A stretch of DNA of 51,725 nucleotides from Candidatus Methylomirabilia bacterium (GCA_046758965.1 JBHIBG010000012.1:1-51725), one strand, 5' to 3'. Positions 20,008 to 30,257 are shown, counted from the stretch's first letter. Numbers and translations: made by a program. Notes: a model not told the origin generated them from the sequence alone.

Positions 20008-20241
20008 ATGGCGACGGCCACCTACCGGGAGTTCCGAATGGTTCTCCAGCGCGCCGGCTTTCGCCTCGTCAGATCCAAAAAGCACGAAACCTGGGAAAAA
20101 ACCCTTGCCGCTGGTGAGATCCTTCAGGTTCGTCTCAGCCACCAGATGGGCCGAGATATCCCCACGCAGTTGTTCCACGCAATGCTCCGGCAAGGCCGTT
20201 TGACTCAGGCCGAGTTTTTCGCGCTGCTCCGTCAAGGCTAA
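20008..20241 (+). CDS. hicA: HicA-family mRNA interferase toxin
   Basis: 77 aa, basic; LQRAGFRLVRSKKH...H...DIP...MLRQ; abuts the hicB stop. Confidence 0.78.
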   Translation: MATATYREFRMVLQRAGFRLVRSKKHETWEKTLAAGEILQVRLSHQMGRDIPTQLFHAMLRQGRLTQAEFFALLRQG

Positions 20242-20252
20242 CCTTCCCTGTA

Positions 20253-20750
20253 TCAATCGAGTCCCACGAGGATCCGATCCAGCTTCTCTCGCGTGAGGAG
20301 CCCTTCGTAGCGGTCGTCCACCTGCATCATCGGCGCCATCTCGCAGGCGCACAGGCACTCGACGCTCTGGAGCGTCACCTGCCCATCCTCGGTGGTCTCC
20401 CCCACGTCCACCCCGAGCCGCTCCTTCAGATAGCCGAGGACCTCCTGCGCCCCGAGGAGGTGGCAGGTGAGGTTGTGACAGACCGAGATCACGTGCCGGC
20501 CCTTGGGCTTGGTAAAGAACAGCGTGTAGAAGGTCACGACCTCGTGGACGTGGGCCGGAGAGAGGCCGAAGAGGCTCGCGACGTACTCCTCGACCTCGAG
20601 CGAGAGGTGCCCGAACCGCTCCTGCGCCAGCTGGAGAACCGGCAGGAGAGCGGCCTGCCTGTTCGGGTAGAGTCCCTGGAGCCGTCGGACCTCGGCCAGA
20701 TCCGCTTCCGTGAACGCGACCGCTGTAGCCCCCATCTCCGCCTCTGACAT
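20253..20750 (-). CDS. nuoE: NADH-quinone oxidoreductase subunit E
   Basis: EVVTFYTLF, VCHNLTCHL, VECLCACEMAP. Confidence 0.95.
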   Translation of the reverse strand: MSEAEMGATAVAFTEADLAEVRRLQGLYPNRQAALLPVLQLAQERFGHLSLEVEEYVASLFGLSPAHVHEVVTFYTLFFTKPKGRHVISVCHNLTCHLLGAQEVLGYLKERLGVDVGETTEDGQVTLQSVECLCACEMAPMMQVDDRYEGLLTREKLDRILVGLD

Positions 20751-20803
20751 GACCTCCCCTCGCGCGCTCCTGCCCCCGACTTCGAGTGGCCGGCGCCCCG
20801 CAG

Positions 20804-22177
20804 CTATCTGTCCAGTTCCCCGCCGATCATGTTGATTGACCCGAAGGTCGGGACCACATCGGCCACCATCTCCCCCTGGATCATCCGGTGGAGCGCCGCC
20901 ATCGGGGGAAAGCATGGCGGCCGGCAGCGGACCCGGTAGGGGCGATCCGTCCCGTCGGACACGATATAGAAACCCAGCTCGCCGTTGGCCCCTTCCACCG
21001 GGAGGTACGCCTCTCCCTTGGGAGGGTGGATGCCGTAGCCATCCATGACCAGCATGAAGTGGTTCATGAGCCCTTCGATAGAGCCGTAAGCCTCCTCCTT
21101 CGGGGGCAGCACGACCCGCCTGTCCTCCACGTTGACCTGCCGGTGAAGCAGCCTCTCCGAGCCCAGGAGGTTGGGGGAGAGGGTGATCGGGAGCAGGAGC
21201 AGCCCCTCGGTCTTCCCCAGCTTGCCCCGATCCACGTAGAGGGCCGGGTCGATCGGCTTGCCGGCAAAGTCGACGCTGATGGGACCTCCGGGGAGCTGGT
21301 CCAACGCCTGCTCCACGATCCGCATGGATTGCTCCATCTCAGCCATCCGCACCAGGTAGCGGTCGTAGTTGTCGCCGTTCCGCCCGGTGGGCACCTCGAA
21401 CTCCACCCGGTCATAGACCCAGTACGGCTGGGCTTTCCGCACATCGTACGGGAGGCCAGTAGCGCGCAGCAACGGGCCCGTGATCCCGTAGGCGATGGTC
21501 TCCTCTCTCGAGAGTGCCCCGACCCCTACCATCCGGTCTACGAAGATCCGGTTGCCCGTGAGGAGGGCATGAACCTCTTCCAGCACCTGGCGGGCCTCCT
21601 TGAAGGCCTTCCGAACCTTGATGGCGAACTCCCCGGGCAGGTCGGCCCTGACCCCCCCGACGCGACCGTAGGAGATCGTGAGCCGGGCTCCGGTCACGTC
21701 CTCGACCAGCTCCCAGAGGTACTCGCGTGCCTTGATCATGTACAGGAAGACGGTGAAGGCGCCGAGCTCCATCGCAGAGGCCCCGATGCAGGTCAGGTGG
21801 TCGCAGATCCGGGAGATCTCGCTCATGATCACCCGGATATACTTGCACCGCTCGGTGATGTCGATCCCCAGAAGCTTCTCCACGCACGAGGCGTAGCCGA
21901 AGTTGTTGATGAGGGGGGAGACATAGTTGAGACGGTCCGTGTAGGGGATGGCGTTGTTGTACGGACCGGCCTCGCACTCCTTCTCGAACCCCCGGTGGAG
22001 GTAGCCGATCTCGACGTCCGCGCTCACCACGGTCTCACCGTCCAGCTGGGTGACGATCCGGATGATGCCGTGCATGGCGGGGTGCGCTGGCCCGACATTC
22101 ACGTGGAGGTGCTGGGAGCCCGAGCCGGTCCCGCTGCCTTCCCCGAGTAAGATCTCGCGTGTCCTCCGCTCTGCCAT
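20804..22177 (-). CDS. nuoD: NADH-quinone oxidoreductase subunit D
   Basis: GPAHPAMHG, GYLHRGFEK, DRLNY, C-terminal GELDR. Confidence 0.95.
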   Translation of the reverse strand: MAERRTREILLGEGSGTGSGSQHLHVNVGPAHPAMHGIIRIVTQLDGETVVSADVEIGYLHRGFEKECEAGPYNNAIPYTDRLNYVSPLINNFGYASCVEKLLGIDITERCKYIRVIMSEISRICDHLTCIGASAMELGAFTVFLYMIKAREYLWELVEDVTGARLTISYGRVGGVRADLPGEFAIKVRKAFKEARQVLEEVHALLTGNRIFVDRMVGVGALSREETIAYGITGPLLRATGLPYDVRKAQPYWVYDRVEFEVPTGRNGDNYDRYLVRMAEMEQSMRIVEQALDQLPGGPISVDFAGKPIDPALYVDRGKLGKTEGLLLLPITLSPNLLGSERLLHRQVNVEDRRVVLPPKEEAYGSIEGLMNHFMLVMDGYGIHPPKGEAYLPVEGANGELGFYIVSDGTDRPYRVRCRPPCFPPMAALHRMIQGEMVADVVPTFGSINMIGGELDR

Positions 22178-22185
22178 TCGCTTCC

Positions 22186-22689
22186 CTAGTTCTTGGGCCC
22201 GATGAGGGGCTGCCGCTTGTTCTTGGGATACTCCTTCCTGAGCGGGTGCCCCTGGAATTCCTCGTACATCAGGAGCCTCCTGAGGTCCGGGTGCCCCTCG
22301 AAGCGGATTCCGAACATGTCCCACACCTCCCGCTCGAACCAGTTGGCGACAGGCCAGAGGGAGACCGCGCTGGCGAGCACGGCGTCGTCCTCCTCCACCC
22401 GGACTTTCAGCCGCACCCGGTGGTTGTGGGTCAGGGAGTAGAGGTGATAGACCACCTCGAAACGCGGGCTCTCCTCGCGCCCCGCGTATTTCAGGTAGTC
22501 CACCGCCGTCAGATCCATGAGGATCTCGAACCGGAGCCTGGGATCTTCCTTGCAGAAGCTCAGGACGTCGAGGATCCCGCGCGCGTCTACCACCGCAGTG
22601 TGGTCGCCCCTGAAGTCGTCGGTTTCCCGGATCTTTCCCGCAAACCGCTCCGAAAGCCGAGCAAGAATCGCCTGTCCGTCGATCGGCAT
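22186..22689 (-). CDS. nuoC: NADH-quinone oxidoreductase subunit C
   Basis: RFEVVYHL, ANWFEREVWDMFGI, GHPLRKEYP. Confidence 0.95.
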   Translation of the reverse strand: MPIDGQAILARLSERFAGKIRETDDFRGDHTAVVDARGILDVLSFCKEDPRLRFEILMDLTAVDYLKYAGREESPRFEVVYHLYSLTHNHRVRLKVRVEEDDAVLASAVSLWPVANWFEREVWDMFGIRFEGHPDLRRLLMYEEFQGHPLRKEYPKNKRQPLIGPKN

Positions 22690-22715
22690 GAAGGGGTCGA
22701 ATCGGGGGCTGAGGC

Positions 22716-23174
22716 TCAGTACCGCTGAGTCCCCGCAGCGATCTTTTCCTGGAGCTTCATCAGGCCGTCCAGGACACTCTCCGGGCGCGGCGGGCAACCC
22801 GGGATGTACACATCCACGGGGATGATGGTGTCGATCCCCATGACCGTGGCGTAGTTGTCATAGAAACCGCCTGTGCAGGTGCAGACCCCGAAGGCCACCA
22901 CCCACTTGGGCTCAGTCATCTGATCGTACACGCGCTTCAGGACCGGCGCCATCTTGTGGCTGATGGTCCCGACCGCGAACAGGACATCGGCTTGGCGCGG
23001 GGAGAAGCGGGGGAGCCCCGCCCCGAACCGGTCCACGTCGTAATGCGAGCAGGCCGTGGCCATATACTCCATGCCGCAGCACGCGGTCACGAATGGGTAC
23101 TGGAAGATGGAGTACTTGCGCGCCCAGCCGATCGCCTCGTCAAGCTTCGAAGTGAAGAAGCTCCCTAACCCCAC
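22716..23174 (-). CDS. nuoB: NADH-quinone oxidoreductase subunit B
   Basis: TACCGME, FSPRQAD, YIPGCPPRPE; GTG start overlapping the nuoA end. Confidence 0.95.
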   Translation of the reverse strand: MGLGSFFTSKLDEAIGWARKYSIFQYPFVTACCGMEYMATACSHYDVDRFGAGLPRFSPRQADVLFAVGTISHKMAPVLKRVYDQMTEPKWVVAFGVCTCTGGFYDNYATVMGIDTIIPVDVYIPGCPPRPESVLDGLMKLQEKIAAGTQRY

Positions 23175-23515
23175 TCGAGGCCTCCCTTCTGCCAGATGTA
23201 GAGGAAGCCCAGCATGAGGATGCCGAGATAGAAGAGGATCGCGGCGATCCCGTACCATCCCAGCTCGCCGACCAGTACGGTCCAGGGAAAGATGAACATC
23301 AGCTCGATGTCGAAGATGATGAAAAAGATAGCGATGGTCGAAAACTTGATGGCGAACCGGCCCTCGGGCAACGAGAACGGAGTCTCGCCGCATTCGAAGG
23401 GCTCGAGCTTGATCGGGGTGGGGCGCCGCGGGGCGATCAGCGAGGGAATCCAGAGCATGGCCCCTGCCACCGCCGCCGCGAAGCCGAACACCATGAGGAT
23501 CAGCGCGTGCTCCAT
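23165..23515 (-). CDS. nuoA: NADH-quinone oxidoreductase subunit A
   Basis: PFECG, FDIE, KGGLEW. Confidence 0.95.
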   Translation of the reverse strand: MEHALILMVFGFAAAVAGAMLWIPSLIAPRRPTPIKLEPFECGETPFSLPEGRFAIKFSTIAIFFIIFDIELMFIFPWTVLVGELGWYGIAAILFYLGILMLGFLYIWQKGGLEWG

Positions 23516-23522
23516 CTTCGGC

Positions 23523-24488
23523 TCACCGGGCGGAACTGCACCCTCCGGGCGAGGACACGCCGGGACCAGCTACCGCCCGCAATGTCGAGCTCCCTCCGAG
23601 GCCTTGGGCCTGGCGCTTGGCGTGGTAGGAGCTCCGCACCAGGGGACCGGCTTCCACGTGGCCGAAGCCCATGGCGCGCCCCAGCGCGGCCAGCTCCACA
23701 AACTCATCGGGGGAGTAGAAGCGGGCGACAGGGAGATGCCGGGGAGACGGCCGGAGGTACTGGCCCAGCGTCAGGATATTCACGTCCACCCGACGGAGAT
23801 CCTCCATGGTTCGGATGAGCTCGTCCCGGGTCTCCCCGAGCCCCAGGATGATCCCCGACTTCGTGAGGAGATCGGGGACGAGCGCCCTCGCCTGCATGAG
23901 AAGCGCTAGCGCCCGCTCGTACCGCCCCCCGTGACGCGCGACCTTGTAAAGCCGCGGAACCGTCTCAGTGTTGTGGTTCAGGATGTCGGGCCGGGCCTCC
24001 AACACCTCCGCCAGCGCGTCCGCCGAGCCCTGAAAGTCAGGGATCAGCACCTCGACGTGGCACCCGGGCGCCTCGCGACGGATGGCACGGATGGTGGCGG
24101 CGAAGACGGCGGCTCCGCCGTCAGCCAGGTCATCCCGATTCACCGAGGTGATCACCGCATGCTCGAGCCCCAGGGTCCGGACGGCGCGCGCCACTCGCTC
24201 GGGCTCCTCGCGGTCTTCCCACGTGGGGCGGCCGTGGGTCACCGCGCAGTAGCCGCAGTTCCGGGTACAGATGCCACCCAGGATCATAAAGGTGGCGGTC
24301 AGATCCTCCCAACAACCCCCGATGTTCGGGCAGCGCGCCTCCTCACAGACGGTGTGGAGATTCCACCCCCGCACCAGGCTCTTCAGCCGAACATAGTCAG
24401 GTCCGCCCGGAGCCCGCACCTTGAGCCAGGGCGGCTTCCGGGCATCGGAAGAGGGGGAGGAACTGAGAAGAGAGAGCGATACGCCCAT
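23523..24488 (-). CDS. lipA: Lipoyl synthase
   Basis: KPPWLK, CEEARCPNIGGC, radical SAM CTRNCGYC, VRSSYHA. Confidence 0.96.
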   Translation of the reverse strand: MGVSLSLLSSSPSSDARKPPWLKVRAPGGPDYVRLKSLVRGWNLHTVCEEARCPNIGGCWEDLTATFMILGGICTRNCGYCAVTHGRPTWEDREEPERVARAVRTLGLEHAVITSVNRDDLADGGAAVFAATIRAIRREAPGCHVEVLIPDFQGSADALAEVLEARPDILNHNTETVPRLYKVARHGGRYERALALLMQARALVPDLLTKSGIILGLGETRDELIRTMEDLRRVDVNILTLGQYLRPSPRHLPVARFYSPDEFVELAALGRAMGFGHVEAGPLVRSSYHAKRQAQGLGGSSTLRAVAGPGVSSPGGCSSAR

Positions 24489-24498
24489 GTTTTCTTCC

Positions 24499-24527
24499 AT
24501 TATGCCACAGCGTTGACACGCTCCCAA
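24499..24527 (-). promoter_or_regulatory. Candidate promoter of the lipA-nuo-pdh run
   Basis: TTGGGA, 17 nt spacer, CATAAT with an extended TG, 10 nt before the lipA ATG. Confidence 0.5.
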
Positions 24528-24615
24528 GCGGGCCGAACAGCCGAAGGCCCTTCCGGATGCGGGAGCTCTCGCCGATCCCGCCATCTTGCCTTGCGCCGTC
24601 AACAGTTGGGCCTGC

Positions 24616-26247
24616 TTACATCCTCACCACCCCATCGTCCACCGCCTCGAGCTCAAAGGCCGCGGCCATGAGGGCCTTCGTGTACGGGTGGGTCGGGTGA
24701 TCAAAGATCTCAGAGGCCGGGCCCTGCTCGACGACCCGGCCGGCCTGCAGGACCATGACCTCGTCGCTCAGCGCACGGATCACCTTCAGGTCGTGGCTGA
24801 TGAAGAGATAGGCCAGGTTGTGGCGAGCCTGTAGCTCGCGCAACAGGTCGACGATCTGCGCCTGGACCGACATGTCGAGGGCTGAGGTCGGCTCATCGAG
24901 CACGACGAGGCGAGGCCGGAGGACCATCGCTCGGGCAACCGCGATGCGCTGCCGCTGGCCGCCCGAGAATTCGTGCGGGTACCGGTCACGGGTGTCGGGA
25001 TCGAGGCCGACCTCTCGCAACGCTTGCTCGATCAGCTCCTGGCGCTCGGCAGGCGTGGCGCCGACTTTGTGCACCTTCAGCCCCTCCTCGATGATCTGGC
25101 TCACCGACAGCCGCGGGGAGAGCGAGCCGTACGGGTCCTGGAAGACGATCTGCATCTCGCGCCTGAGCGGGCGCAGGGCCTTCGAGCGGAGTCCCTGGAT
25201 CTCGCGCCCCCGGAAGTGGATCGTGCCCTCGCTCTTCTGAAGTCGCAGCAGGGCGAGGCCGAGCGTGGTCTTCCCCGAGCCGCTCTCACCGACGACGCCA
25301 AGAGTCCGGCCCTCGCGAACGGTGACGGTGACGCCGTCGACCGCCTTGACGTGGTCGACCGTGCGCCTCAGGACTCCGGCCTTGATCGGAAACCAGACCT
25401 TCACGTTCTGGGAACCCAGGATGACCGGGGCGTCCGCGGCGGCGGCATGAGGACGGCCCTGAGGTTCAGCGGCCAGCAGGCGGCGCGTGTACGGATGGCG
25501 CGGGCGCTCGTAGATGCCAGCGACAGCGCCGGCCTCAACGATCTCGCCCTGGGTCATGACGCAGACGCGGTCTGCCATCTTCCGGACCACGGCGAGGTCG
25601 TGGGTGATCAGCAGGAGCGCCATCCCGAACTTGGCCTGGAGATCCTTGAGCAACTTCAGAATCTGCGCTTGGACTGTGACGTCGATGGCGGTCGTCGGCT
25701 CGTCGGCGATCAGGAGGTCGGGCTCGTTGGCGAGCGCCATGGCGATCATCACGCGCTGGCGCTGGCCGCCGGAGAGCTGGTGTGGATAGGCGCCCAGTCG
25801 CTGCTCGGCCTCCGGCAGGCCGACCAGACGCAACAGCTCCAGGGTCCGAGCGCGCGCCGCCGCGCGGCCCAGGGCCTTGTGGACGAACAGTAGTTCGTTG
25901 ATCTGCTTCTCGATCGTGTGGAGCGGGTTCAGCGACGTCATCGGCTCCTGGAAGATCATCGTGATCCGGTTCCCGCGCACCCGCCTGAGCGCCGCCTCGC
26001 TCGCGCCGAGCAGCTCCTGACCCTGGAACCGGACGCTGCCACTCGGGTGGCGGGCGATCGGGTAGGGCAGGAGCTGGACGACGGAGAGGGCGGTAACAGT
26101 CTTGCCGGAGCCGCTCTCTCCCACGAGGGCCACCATCTCGCCGCGGTCGATCTCGAACGAGACGCCCCGCAAGGCACGGATCTCACCCCCGGGCGTGTCG
26201 AACGAGACCGAGAGGTCGCGAACTGCCAGGAGCGGGCCCCAGCTCAC
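24616..26247 (-). CDS. yejF: Fused double-ATPase peptide ABC transporter subunit (YejF-like)
   Basis: Two GESGSGKT Walker A motifs and two (L/F)SGGQRQR signatures; GTG overlaps the yejE stop. Confidence 0.85.
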   Translation of the reverse strand: MSWGPLLAVRDLSVSFDTPGGEIRALRGVSFEIDRGEMVALVGESGSGKTVTALSVVQLLPYPIARHPSGSVRFQGQELLGASEAALRRVRGNRITMIFQEPMTSLNPLHTIEKQINELLFVHKALGRAAARARTLELLRLVGLPEAEQRLGAYPHQLSGGQRQRVMIAMALANEPDLLIADEPTTAIDVTVQAQILKLLKDLQAKFGMALLLITHDLAVVRKMADRVCVMTQGEIVEAGAVAGIYERPRHPYTRRLLAAEPQGRPHAAAADAPVILGSQNVKVWFPIKAGVLRRTVDHVKAVDGVTVTVREGRTLGVVGESGSGKTTLGLALLRLQKSEGTIHFRGREIQGLRSKALRPLRREMQIVFQDPYGSLSPRLSVSQIIEEGLKVHKVGATPAERQELIEQALREVGLDPDTRDRYPHEFSGGQRQRIAVARAMVLRPRLVVLDEPTSALDMSVQAQIVDLLRELQARHNLAYLFISHDLKVIRALSDEVMVLQAGRVVEQGPASEIFDHPTHPYTKALMAAAFELEAVDDGVVRM

Positions 26248-27269
26248 CGGACCGCCTTCCGCGGATCGAAGGCGTCGCGCACCGCCTCGCCGATGAAGAT
26301 CAACAGACTCAGCATGACCCCGAGCACGACGAACCCGGTGATGCCCAGCCATGGCGCCTGAAGATTGGCCTTGCCCTGGGCCAGGATCTCGCCGAGCGAC
26401 GCCGAGCCCGGCGGCAGGCCGAAGCCGAACAAGTCGAGCGCAGTCAGCGTCACGATCGAGCCGTTCAGGATGAACGGCAGGAACGTCAGCGTCGCCACCA
26501 TGGCGTTGGGCAACACGTGCTTGAACATGATCACGGCGTTCGTAACGCCGAGAGCGCGCGCGGCGCGCACGTAGTCGAAGTTCCGGGCCCGGAGGAACTC
26601 GGCGCGCACCACGGCGACCAGCGACATCCAGCTGAAGAGGAGCATCACCCCGAGAAGCCACCAGAAATTTGGCTCGACGAGGCTTGCCAGGATGATCAGC
26701 AGATAGAGCGTCGGCACGCTCGACCAGATCTCGATGAAGCGCTGGAAGAAGAGATCGATCGCGCCGCCGAAATAGCCCTGGACACCGCCGGCGATGACGC
26801 CGATTACGGAGCTGACCAGGGTCAGGGTCAGGCCGAACAGCACCGAGATGCGAAACCCGTAGATGAGCCGGGCGGCCAGGTCGCGTCCCTGGTCGTCGGT
26901 GCCGAGCCAGTTGACCGACGACGGCGGCGCCGGGGCCGGCACGGGAAGATCGTAGTTGATCGTGTCGTAGCGGAAGGGGATCGGCGGCCAGATCATCCAC
27001 CCCTTCTCGTTGATCGCCTCGATGACGAACGGGTCTCGATAGACCGCCTCGGTCGGGAAGGCGCCGCCGAAGGTGGTCTCAGGATACGATTTCAAGATCG
27101 GGAAGTAGAATGCGCCGTCGTAGCGGGCGAGCAGCGGCCGGTCATTGGCGACGACCTCGGCGAAGAGGGTCGTGACGAACAGGAGGAGGAAGATCCACAG
27201 CGACCAGAAGCCGCGCCGGTTGGCCCTGAAGTTGTGGAGGCGCCGGCGGGTCAGGGGGCTGAGGCGCAT
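26244..27269 (-). CDS. yejE: Peptide ABC permease (YejE-like)
   Basis: RRRLHNFRANRRGFWSL, WLGTDDQGRD, EAVRDAFDPR. Confidence 0.87.
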   Translation of the reverse strand: MRLSPLTRRRLHNFRANRRGFWSLWIFLLLFVTTLFAEVVANDRPLLARYDGAFYFPILKSYPETTFGGAFPTEAVYRDPFVIEAINEKGWMIWPPIPFRYDTINYDLPVPAPAPPSSVNWLGTDDQGRDLAARLIYGFRISVLFGLTLTLVSSVIGVIAGGVQGYFGGAIDLFFQRFIEIWSSVPTLYLLIILASLVEPNFWWLLGVMLLFSWMSLVAVVRAEFLRARNFDYVRAARALGVTNAVIMFKHVLPNAMVATLTFLPFILNGSIVTLTALDLFGFGLPPGSASLGEILAQGKANLQAPWLGITGFVVLGVMLSLLIFIGEAVRDAFDPRKAVR

Positions 27270-27272
27270 ACC

Positions 27273-28388
27273 TCAGACCTCGCGGGTGGCGAAGTCGATG
27301 CGCGGGTCGATCGCAACGTACGTCAGATCGCTGACCAGCCTCAGCCCGAGGCCGACCAGGCTGTAGATGTAGAGGGTCCCGAACACGATCGGATAGTCGC
27401 GGTTGATCACCGCCTCGAAGCCCAGCAGCCCGAGACCGTCCAGCGAGAAGAGCATCTCGATCAGCAGGGCCCCAGTGAAGAGGATCAGAACCAAGGCGGC
27501 CGGGAACCCGGCAACGACGATCAGCATGGCGTTGCGAAAGACGTGGCCGTAGAGCACGCGCCGCTTCGTCAGCCCCTTGGCGCGGGCGGTGGTCACGTAC
27601 TGCTTGTTGATCTCCTCCAGGAACGAGTTCTTGGTCAGCATGGTAAGTGTCGCGAAGCCGCCGATCACCAGCGCCAGCACCGGCAAGGTGATGTGCCAGA
27701 GATAGTCGACGATGCGGGCCGGCCAGGAGAGCTCGGCCCAGTTCTCGGAGACGAGGCCGCGCAGCGGAAACCAGGCGAAGAAGCTGCCGCCCGCGAAAAG
27801 CACGATCAAGAGGATGGCGAAGAGGAAGGAAGGGATGGCGTAGCTGATGGTCACCACGCTGCTGGTCCAGACATCGAATGGGGAGCCGTCGCGCACGGCC
27901 TTGGCAATGCCGAGCGGGATCGAGATGAGGTAGACCAGGAGCGTCGTCCAGAGGCCGAGCGTGATGGAGACCGGAAGCTTCTCCATCACCAGCTCGATCA
28001 CCGGGCGGTCGCGGAAGAAGCTCGAGCCGAAGTCGAACAGGATGTAGCTCTTCATCATGCGGAAGAACCGCTGGTGGGCAGGCTTGTCGAAGCCGTACTG
28101 CTTCTCGAGCTGGCGGATGAGCTCGGGATCGAGGCCACGGGCGCCGCGATACCTGCCGATGACCTCAGCGCTCCGCCCCGTTTCGAGGGCGGGGCGCTGG
28201 CCGGACGTCTCGCCGGTGGCTGAACCGCCCACCCGGGCCGTGGCCCGGACGGCATGCCCCCTGAGCTGGGCGATCACCTGCTCGACCGGGCCGCCTGGGG
28301 CCAACTGGATGATCGCGAAGTTGATCACCATGATCCCGAACAGGGTCGGGATGATCAGGAGCAGGCGGCGGAGGACGTACGCGAGCAT
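27273..28388 (-). CDS. yejB: Peptide ABC permease (YejB-like)
   Basis: [31 protein letters not shown]. Confidence 0.88.
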   Translation of the reverse strand: MLAYVLRRLLLIIPTLFGIMVINFAIIQLAPGGPVEQVIAQLRGHAVRATARVGGSATGETSGQRPALETGRSAEVIGRYRGARGLDPELIRQLEKQYGFDKPAHQRFFRMMKSYILFDFGSSFFRDRPVIELVMEKLPVSITLGLWTTLLVYLISIPLGIAKAVRDGSPFDVWTSSVVTISYAIPSFLFAILLIVLFAGGSFFAWFPLRGLVSENWAELSWPARIVDYLWHITLPVLALVIGGFATLTMLTKNSFLEEINKQYVTTARAKGLTKRRVLYGHVFRNAMLIVVAGFPAALVLILFTGALLIEMLFSLDGLGLLGFEAVINRDYPIVFGTLYIYSLVGLGLRLVSDLTYVAIDPRIDFATREV

Positions 28389-28412
28389 CGGCGCCGGCTG
28401 AACCCTCCGGGG

Positions 28413-30257
28413 CTACTTGGCGACCCTGCCCTTGCGCCGGACCAGCTCGCCCTCCTTCTTCAGATCGACCCACCAGGTGTCGAAGCCGAGAGCGTATTTC
28501 GGCGAGATCGCGGGCCGGCCGAACTTGTCCCAGTACGCGACCCGGTACGCCTGGATGTGCCAGTGGGGGATGACGTGATGCCCCCACAGGAGGACGCGGT
28601 CGAGCGCGCGGGTGCGGGCGACTAGGCTCTCGCGATCCGGCGCGGAGATCACCAGGTCGATGAGCTCATCGACCACCGGGTCTTTGATGCCGGCGAGGTT
28701 GCGGCTGCCGGGGAGATCGGCGGTCTCCGAGTGCCAGAAGTCACGCTGCTCGTTGCCGGGCGACAGCGACTGGCCCCACACCCCCACCGTCATGTCGAAG
28801 TCGAAGTTATCGATGCGCTGCTGGTACTGCGCCGTGTCGACGGTGCGGACGCGCGCGATGATGCCGAGCCGCTCGAGGTTCTTCGCGAACGGGAGGGCGA
28901 CGCGCTCGAAGCCCGGGTCATTGCTGAGGATCTCGAACCGCATCGGCTCTCCGCGGGCGTTGACGAGCCGCTGGTTCTTCACGCTCCAACCCGCCGCCGC
29001 GAGGAGCCTCAGCGCCTTGCGCAAGTTGTTGCGGATGTTGCCCGAGCCGCCTGTCGAGGGCGGCTGGTACTCCCGGGTGAAAACCTCGTCAGGAACCTTC
29101 CCCCGAAACCGCTCAAGTATTCCGAGCTCCTCGGGTTCCGGGAGGCCCCGCGAGGCCAATTCCGAGTTCGAGAAGTAGCTCCTCGTCCGGGTGTAGGCGC
29201 CGTAGAACAGGTGCGTGTTGGTCCACTCGAAGTCGAAGGCGTAGGCAAGTGCCTGCCGCACACGGGAATCCTTGAAGATGGGACGACGCTCATTGAAGAC
29301 GTACGCCTGCATCCCGGTCGGCACCTGATTCTTGATCTCTTCCTTCTTGATCAGGCCCTGCCTCACCGCCGGGCCGGTGTAGGCCGTGGCCCAGTTTTTC
29401 GACGAGTTCTCCTGGCGGAAGTCGTAGCGACCCGCCTTGAAAGCCTCCAGCGCCACTATCGTGTCGCGATAGTAGTCGAAGCGAATCGTGCCGAAGTTGT
29501 CGCGGCCGACATTGACGGGCAGCCTGGCGCCCCAATAATCCTTGACGCGGCGATAGGTGATGGAACGACCCGGGTCGACCGACTCGACCCGGTACGGACC
29601 GCTCCCCAGCGGCGGCTCGAGCGTCGTCTTCTCGAAGTCACGCGTGCGCCAGTACGCCTTGGACAGCACCCGCATCTGGCCGACGATCAGCGGCAGCTCG
29701 CGGTTGTCGCCTCTGCCGAAGATGAACTTCACCTTCCGCTCGCCGACCTTCTCGGCCCTGATGACCTGAGCGTAGTAGGTCCGAAAGAACGGATGGCCCT
29801 TGGTCTTCAGGGTGTTGAATGTCCAGATCACGTCGTCGACGGTGATCGGGCTACCGTCGTGAAAGCGCGCCTCGGGCCTGAGGGTGTAGGCCACCCACGA
29901 GCGATCGGCCGGCGTCTCGATGCTTTCAGCGATCAGCCCGTACTGGGCAAACGGCTCGTCGGCAGAGCCAACCGTCAGGGTCTCGAAGACCCCGCCGAGC
30001 CCCGTCGCCGCCACGCCCTTGAGGATGAAGGGATTCAGCGTATCGAAGGTCCCGATCGCCGCCAGCCTGACGTCGCCCCCCTTAGGGGCGTTCGGGTTGG
30101 CGTACTCGAAGTGCGTGAAGTCCGGCCCGTACTTGAGATCGCCGTACATCGACAGGCCGTGCCCGACGGTGATCTTGGGCTCGGCCGCCCGGGCGGCGGC
30201 GTGAATCGTCGAGGCGAGCACCACGGCGACGATGACTGCGGAGGCGGTGAATCGCAT
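28413..30257 (-). CDS. yejA: Peptide ABC solute-binding protein (YejA-like)
   Basis: HGLSMYGDLKY..DFTHFEYANPNAPKGG, GTFDTLNPF, QSLSPGNEQR. Confidence 0.88.
   Translation of the reverse strand: MRFTASAVIVAVVLASTIHAAARAAEPKITVGHGLSMYGDLKYGPDFTHFEYANPNAPKGGDVRLAAIGTFDTLNPFILKGVAATGLGGVFETLTVGSADEPFAQYGLIAESIETPADRSWVAYTLRPEARFHDGSPITVDDVIWTFNTLKTKGHPFFRTYYAQVIRAEKVGERKVKFIFGRGDNRELPLIVGQMRVLSKAYWRTRDFEKTTLEPPLGSGPYRVESVDPGRSITYRRVKDYWGARLPVNVGRDNFGTIRFDYYRDTIVALEAFKAGRYDFRQENSSKNWATAYTGPAVRQGLIKKEEIKNQVPTGMQAYVFNERRPIFKDSRVRQALAYAFDFEWTNTHLFYGAYTRTRSYFSNSELASRGLPEPEELGILERFRGKVPDEVFTREYQPPSTGGSGNIRNNLRKALRLLAAAGWSVKNQRLVNARGEPMRFEILSNDPGFERVALPFAKNLERLGIIARVRTVDTAQYQQRIDNFDFDMTVGVWGQSLSPGNEQRDFWHSETADLPGSRNLAGIKDPVVDELIDLVISAPDRESLVARTRALDRVLLWGHHVIPHWHIQAYRVAYWDKFGRPAISPKYALGFDTWWVDLKKEGELVRRKGRVAK

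Noticed and set aside
20751..20803. nuoD-nuoE spacer (ACCTCCCC...TTCGAG) as another repeat remnant
   Set aside because: The similarity is limited to the reverse complement of an ordinary GGAGG RBS.
24540..24615. attL/attR duplicate of the tRNA-Leu 3' end bounding an island
   Set aside because: No copy of TGGTGCCGAAGGG was found there, and there is no integrase.
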